The notes under the pieces were generated by a model, which was not told the DNA's origin, did not search any database, and was given only the letters and a program-made list of their open reading frames with translations. Shown piece by piece: positions 58,281 through 64,000 of a stretch of DNA of 64,000 bases. The stretch lies in NCBI RefSeq assembly GCF_006345805.1, contig NC_043017.1:30442001-30506000 (forward strand), given 5' to 3'. A program made the position numbers and the translations under genes. Each line of letters opens with the position of its first letter. Positions within the stretch are counted from its first letter, which is position 1. Source of the stretch: Octopus sinensis. Its lineage: Eukaryota.

Positions 58281-58582
58281 GATGGTGGTGGTGACGGTGG
58301 TGACAATAGTAGTTTTAACTTAAACCCTGGGCTGCTCTGAACCAGCAGGCCGAAATGGAATACCTCTCATCATGAGTTCGCTTGTTTTGTGTGTCACCAT
58401 ATAGATCTACACACACACACACACACACTCAGGCACACATATGTATGCTTGCATGTGTCTGTGTGTGTATTCATATATATATATACATATATATAAATAA
58501 CAATAGGGTAATAAGAAATTATTATTACCAGTGGCCTAGCACAAAAACGAATTAGTCATTAGACTATATATTATTTATATAG

Positions 58583-58772
58583 AAATACAATAAGGGGCTT
58601 CCAAATAGGAAAGCCTTGTGCTAGAAAGAGCAGTAGAAAACTCAAAACCACCAAATGAGGATAAGTTCTCGAAAGGAATGAAAATTAAAGACGTTTACCA
58701 TCTCATGGGTTGTGTTTTCTACTGCTCTTTCTAGCACAAGGCTTTCCTATTTGGAAGCCTCTTATTGTATTT
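58583..58772. repeat. Hairpin with about 58-bp near-perfect arms
   Basis: aatacaataaggggcttccaaataggaaagccttgtgctagaaagagcagtagaaaac and its reverse complement. Confidence 0.9.
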
Positions 58773-58829
58773 ATACATATATATAGATATTTATATGTAT
58801 GTGTGTGTATGTATTTTAGAGAATGTTTG

Positions 58830-59450
58830 TAATGCCGGTGCACTGGTTGGTGGTACAAAATAAACTACAAAAGGAAAAAAAACAGGACAAAGTTGAAGTG
58901 TTAGCTTGTCATTTTATATTTCGGGGTAAATACCTTTTTTCAGGACACTCGGAAAAACGATATTTGGAAAAGCTTTTTGCTGATATGTGTGTGGGTGGAG
59001 GGAGAAGCAGGGGAGAAATTTGGAATGTGATACGCGCGGACTGTTGTTGCTTTAGCAACCAGTCTGCATCACGTAGATCCTTCCTGTTGTTAATGGATCG
59101 TCTCAATTTATTTCTAAGGAGGGCTTCCATAATTCTGAGATTGCCTCTATTGTGTTGGGTTGCCTTGAGGGAAACTTCGAAACTCCAGACCTGGCACTTC
59201 CTAAGGTATTTCTTTATCGAGATGTTTGTCTACATATGCTCATTTATTCGGATGTAAATTTTTCTCATACTGCTACCTATATAGGATGCTTCACATTTAT
59301 CGAAGCCTAGCTCGTATGCTACGTAGGCCCTCGAGCATATTTTGATCTCATCGATGGGGAACTCGGTGAGTGTGCACCCTACAGTGCTCTCAGGTAGGCC
59401 GGAAATCTGTTAAGATATCGCATCGTTGGATCGGTACTTCGTGTTCCATA
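58830..59450 (-). mobile_element. Penelope-like element 3' end: GIY-YIG remnant plus pLTR-like region
   Basis: CSRAYVAYELGFDKCEASYIGSSMRKIYIRINEHM*...NLRIMEALLRNKLRRSINNRKD; decayed hammerhead-like motif downstream at 58946-58907. Confidence 0.8.
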
Positions 59451-59499
59451 CATTCTTTTATGTTATTCCTCACAATGCTTCCCTAAAACTACCTCATTT

Positions 59500-59548
<49 letters not shown>

Positions 59549-59604
59549 ATATATATATGTATGCCTACATATATGTATATGTACTGTGTATATATAATAT
59601 ATAT

Positions 59605-60345
59605 ATTGGAGCATGTCATAAATAATGCGGTTTTAATATTCTTTTACTTAAAAAAAAAGAAACAAAGTTCTTTTATAATCGAAAATATACACTTCTTCAT
59701 TTTCTACAATACTGTTCTATCTATCTGGTAGACTTTCAAGGACTCTTTTCTAAAATTCACTTGAATATGCGAAAAATATTCCTACAGGGCTATTCTGACC
59801 TCGTTTACGGAATTTTTATTTTTCCCCTCCAAATGATTTTGAAGACTTCGGAAAAAATGATAATCAGACGCGGAATTTCCGGGGAATATGGAGGCTAAAA
59901 GTGGCCTAGTATTTTCCTGATAGAAGAACACCTTTCATCTTGTAACCAAAGATGATCGGTTTTCTTCTAGCGCTGAAACTGTTATCGTTTGGTTGGGGTT
60001 TAAAAATTGAAAACGCACTAAACCTTTTATATACCACCAAAATGTCGACAACATCTGATGTGGGTGAAGACCTTGTTTAGCCTGGGGTGCCGGTGTATTT
60101 CATCTCCACCCATTGTCTTCGGCGGTTGACATATTTATAGAGAACCCATTTCCGGTCATCAGTTTCTATTCGGTTCAAAAATGGTTCATTCCTGAGACGT
60201 AACAGCAAAGAAGGGCACACATTCAATCTCTGCGAGCGATTAGAATTGGAAGGTTTGTTAGGAACCCATTGACCCAATTTGGTGACTTTTCTAATGGCCT
60301 GCAGGTATCAAGAAATAATTCAATGATCAAATCAAAGCTTCATTT
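59605..60345 (-). mobile_element. Decayed mariner transposon
   Basis: GQWVPNKPS...EPFLNRIETDDRKWVLY...RRRQWV; TIR-like ttggagcatgtcataaataatgcgg at about 59607. Confidence 0.85.
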
Positions 60346-60429
60346 TAATGTGACCGTGGTGGTACTTCCCATTTCTTCAACAGGAACTTAGGCGTATGCT
60401 TACAACCGCTAAAAATTTCATATCGAAAT

Positions 60430-60870
60430 TTCAGCAGTGAGTTAGAGGCCTTAGATCTGAGCTCCTTCATTGAAGCATAGCTTACATTGTTCAATCCGTT
60501 AACATATGGTGGAAGTTTAGTTTCCACTTTATCGAATGTGGTGTTGCATTCGATTTCAAACTACATATTTAGCTAGTCAACTTAGTAAATTTACTTCTGA
60601 TATGTCAGGAGGAAGATAAGTGATTATATTTGAATGAGATTTTAAGAATCGCTACGCTAATTACATATCTTCCTTCCGACAGATAGACAAATCCAAAGGT
60701 ATAGAGTTCATTAGCCACAAATGGAATTTGAAATCCAACACAACACTACATACAATAAAGTGGAAAAAGTTGAAAGATCCATACCTTATGTTAACAGATA
60801 AAAAGTCAAGTAATCTATGCGTAACTGAAAGAGTTCATATACTTTTCAGATCTCAGATCTAGATCCAAAA
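60430..60870. repeat. Old diverged inverted repeat (foldback/MITE-like)
   Basis: gttaacatatggtgga...tttccactttatcgaatgtggtgttg...gatttcaaa vs tttgaaatc...caacactacatacaataaagtggaaa...tccataccttatgttaac. Confidence 0.6.
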
Positions 60871-62606
60871 TTTTCAGCGCAGGAAGATTGTGCCTACGTT
60901 CCTTTTGAAAAAATTCGGAAGAGCTTCCCCCACCGGATTAAGCATCCACAATTAACTCTAGGCAACTACCTTTGCAGCATTATAACTTTTGGTCTAAGGG
61001 AAATAACTCTATTCCCGCTTTAGCTTCTTTCTGATTGTTTTGTTTACCGAAGTTTCAGTCAACCCCTTTTAATATATGCTTCTTTCTATCCTTATTTCAC
61101 ATCTTCTCTCGTCCCATTTTTTGTACGTTCGTAGCATTATAGTACCTTCATAGCATTGTCAGAAACGTATTTTTCGTTTAGGAAGAAAACTCAGAGAAAA
61201 TCAAGAGTTGCTGTACCATTTCACCTTTGTGAGTAATTATGTCACCGAAGTTATGATTCACTGTTATTGCGACTTAGTTAATTGATAAATATTCATTAAA
61301 AAGGAAAGGCTAGAATAAATTGATTTCTATCATAGCCAGAAGGTCATTGTCAATTTCATCAACTTCAGTACCTGAATGGTACACACTTTAGAAATATTTG
61401 AAAGGAATTATGACAATATCGACACAGCTGAAGAACTATATGATGTTTACGTTGAGTACACCTTTAATTATAAAGGTACTTAATGAGAGATAATCTATAG
61501 CAAGGCAAGAGTAAGGATAACAAAACTACCAAATTTTGTTATTCCTACAACATTGTCGTACATAAATGTTTTCAATGCCCTTAGATTTCACTGTAGGTAT
61601 CTTTAAGTAAACGTTATATCCAGGGGGTTGCAGGAGAAATTGTGGATGTTGTCATTGAGGATGCGTAGAGGTAGAGACGCATGCGAATCAAATCTGAAGG
61701 GGTAATAAAAATAATTGCAGGTTAATTAGTTAAAAAGCTAAGAATAGTAATTTGATAAAGAAAAAGCACGATTCAGTCACAGCATGAGAGAATAAAGAAA
61801 ACATTTAATTTGTTATTCTTTCGTGAAGAGAAGGCCGCCTCGATTCCTAAATAGATTCTTTCAAGAGTTTAGATATATCTCCTTCGAATGTCACATTAGA
61901 ATATCTTATTTCTTTTACATTTCCTTTTTTTTCCTCCTACACTGACTTTAAATTTTACTGGTCAACAGCATGGCCTCCTTAGATTCTTGTGATTATATAT
62001 GATTATCACAGTGGTAGATTTTTTATTTCAGGCGAATGAATATAGGATAGGATGTAATGACATCTTCTTATAGAAATACGAACCTCTACACACTTAATTC
62101 CAGCTGACGTCGAGGTAAAAATTGTGCTTAATATTCAATGACAGCGTCAAAGATGTCTTTTATCAAAACATCATAGTCAGCATTGCTATTAAATTTTCCG
62201 AGCCTAAAGTCAACGGTAGCAATGAAACAAAAACAAGAAGCAGCAGCAGCAGTATAGACTTCAGCATCAGCCGCTTACACTGCTAAAAATAGATCCTAAC
62301 TTTGCCTCGTATCTCATCCTGTTGTTTTAATAAATTGTATAACGACAGCGTAGATATATCTCTGAAAACAGTATTGTCAGACACGGTTCGAAAACATTAA
62401 AATATACATCTATTGAAACAGAGTTAACTCGGGGCGAAAAAGCTAACGTTATTTTCCAATTCTGTACAATAAGAATGACAGGCGCCACGGAATGTACACA
62501 ATCCGTAATCACAACAATAATTTTTAGTGAACTTACGAAGAGAGTCACTTGGTGATTGTCGTCGTTGCTGGGAATATACTCAAGATTCTGCCTAAATCTT
62601 ATCCTC

Positions 62607-62835
62607 TCTCTTTTCTCTTTCTCTTTTACTTGTTTCAGTCATTTGACTGCGGCCATGCTAGAGCACCGCCTTTAATCGAGCAACTCGACCCCAGGACTTA
62701 TTCTTTTTGTAAGACCAGTAATTATTCTATCGATCTCCTTTGCCGAACCGCTAAGTAATGGGGACGTAAACACACCAGCATCGGTTGTCAAGCAATGCTA
62801 GGGGGAAAAACGCAGACACACAAACACACACACGC

Positions 62836-62909
<74 letters not shown>

Positions 62910-63074
62910 CGACGGGCTTCTTTTAGTTTCTGTCTACCAAATCCACTCACATGGCTGTGATTGGCCCGAGGCTAAAGTAGAAGACACTTGCCCAAGGTGC
63001 CGCGCAGTTGGGACTGAACCCGGAACCATGTGGTTGGTAAACAAGCTACTTACCACACAGCCACTCCTGCGCCT
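62607..63074 (-). mobile_element. SINE family B, full length
   Basis: Family B match. Confidence 0.92.
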
Positions 63075-63473
63075 CCCTCCATATTAAACAAATAAAAAAA
63101 ATGATTATTCCAATATATTCTCTTACACACTGGGCGGTAGATGAGATAGTTAAAGCGGCAAGGCGGTAGATTTGCAGCATTTCGTCTACTGTTACGTTCT
63201 GAGTTCAAATTCCGCCGAGGTCGACTTTGCATTTCATTCTTTCAGGGTCGATACAATAAATACCAGATGAATACTGGAATCGATCTTAGCGAAATAGCTG
63301 GCATTGTGCTAAAACCTGACATTTAGTCAAGATGGGAATGTCTGGTACCGTAAATCTGATCGAAGGCCAATGGCATGAAACGCCACCAGCAGCGAAATCA
63401 TCAACTCCAACCACTACCACCAACACCAACACCACCACCACCACAACAACATCAACAACCATAACCCCCACCC

Positions 63474-63519
<46 letters not shown>

Positions 63520-63862
63520 CTGTGCCGCTATTGCTGCTGCAACCAAAACTGCTGATGGATGTGGCTTACGTGAAAGAAGTTTACTCCCCAGCCAGATAGT
63601 TCCTGTTGCAGTCCAACTGTGTCATCGTGGGCAAAATATACAAATAAGTGTGTGTCTGTAGGTGTGTGTGTGCTTATGTACCCGTAACTTAGCGGTTCAG
63701 CAAAAAAATGTGATAGAGTTCGTACCAACCTTAAAGATATTAGGAAGTACTGGAGTAGATTCGTTCGTCTATAATTTTTCGAGGTGTTACAGAAGCCTGA
63801 CATCGGTCTAATGATTGAAATTACTGGATAAAAGATAAAAGACACACACACACACACACACA

Positions 63863-63902
<40 letters not shown>

Positions 63903-64000
63903 ACACACAATCTCACACACACATACACACACACTCACACACACACACACACTCACACACACAAACAAACACATGTATGTGTATGTATATATAAATATAT

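Noticed and set aside
62032-62300. Faint myosin-like similarity (EYRIG...IFL; AAAAV...AYTAK)
   Set aside because: In-frame stops and too few matching residues; likely chance.
9263-63087. Recurrent ORFs such as EDTCPRCHAVGLNPEPCGW and KDERQSRPRRNLNSER
   Set aside because: Chance reading frames within SINE B and SINE A copies, not a gene family.

Overview
AT-rich, microsatellite-dense metazoan genomic DNA with one 100-N gap. The SINE families and repeat landscape look like an Octopus genome (inference). No host protein-coding gene can be confidently called, and nearly all ORF-track entries are translations of microsatellites or SINEs. Recognisable content: a young 5'-truncated Tx1/L1-clade LINE inserted in a (GATA)n tract; three tRNA-derived SINE families (here A, B, C); decayed RTE, CR1, R4-like, mariner, hAT and Helitron elements; a tRNA-Lys fragment; and remnants of Penelope-like elements (PLE; RT and GIY-YIG). 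Most notable: (1) several unrelated small, often palindromic elements, mostly in (TA)n tracts, carry decayed minimal type I hammerhead-ribozyme-like folds, and one has a tRNA-type Pol III head, suggesting a PLE-mobilised SINE/retrozyme-like system; (2) SINE A shares its 3' tail with the Tx1 LINE and forms tandem arrays with an identical junction; (3) a 287-bp locally templated inverted insertion has a 31-bp target duplication. All alignments and folds were done by eye.
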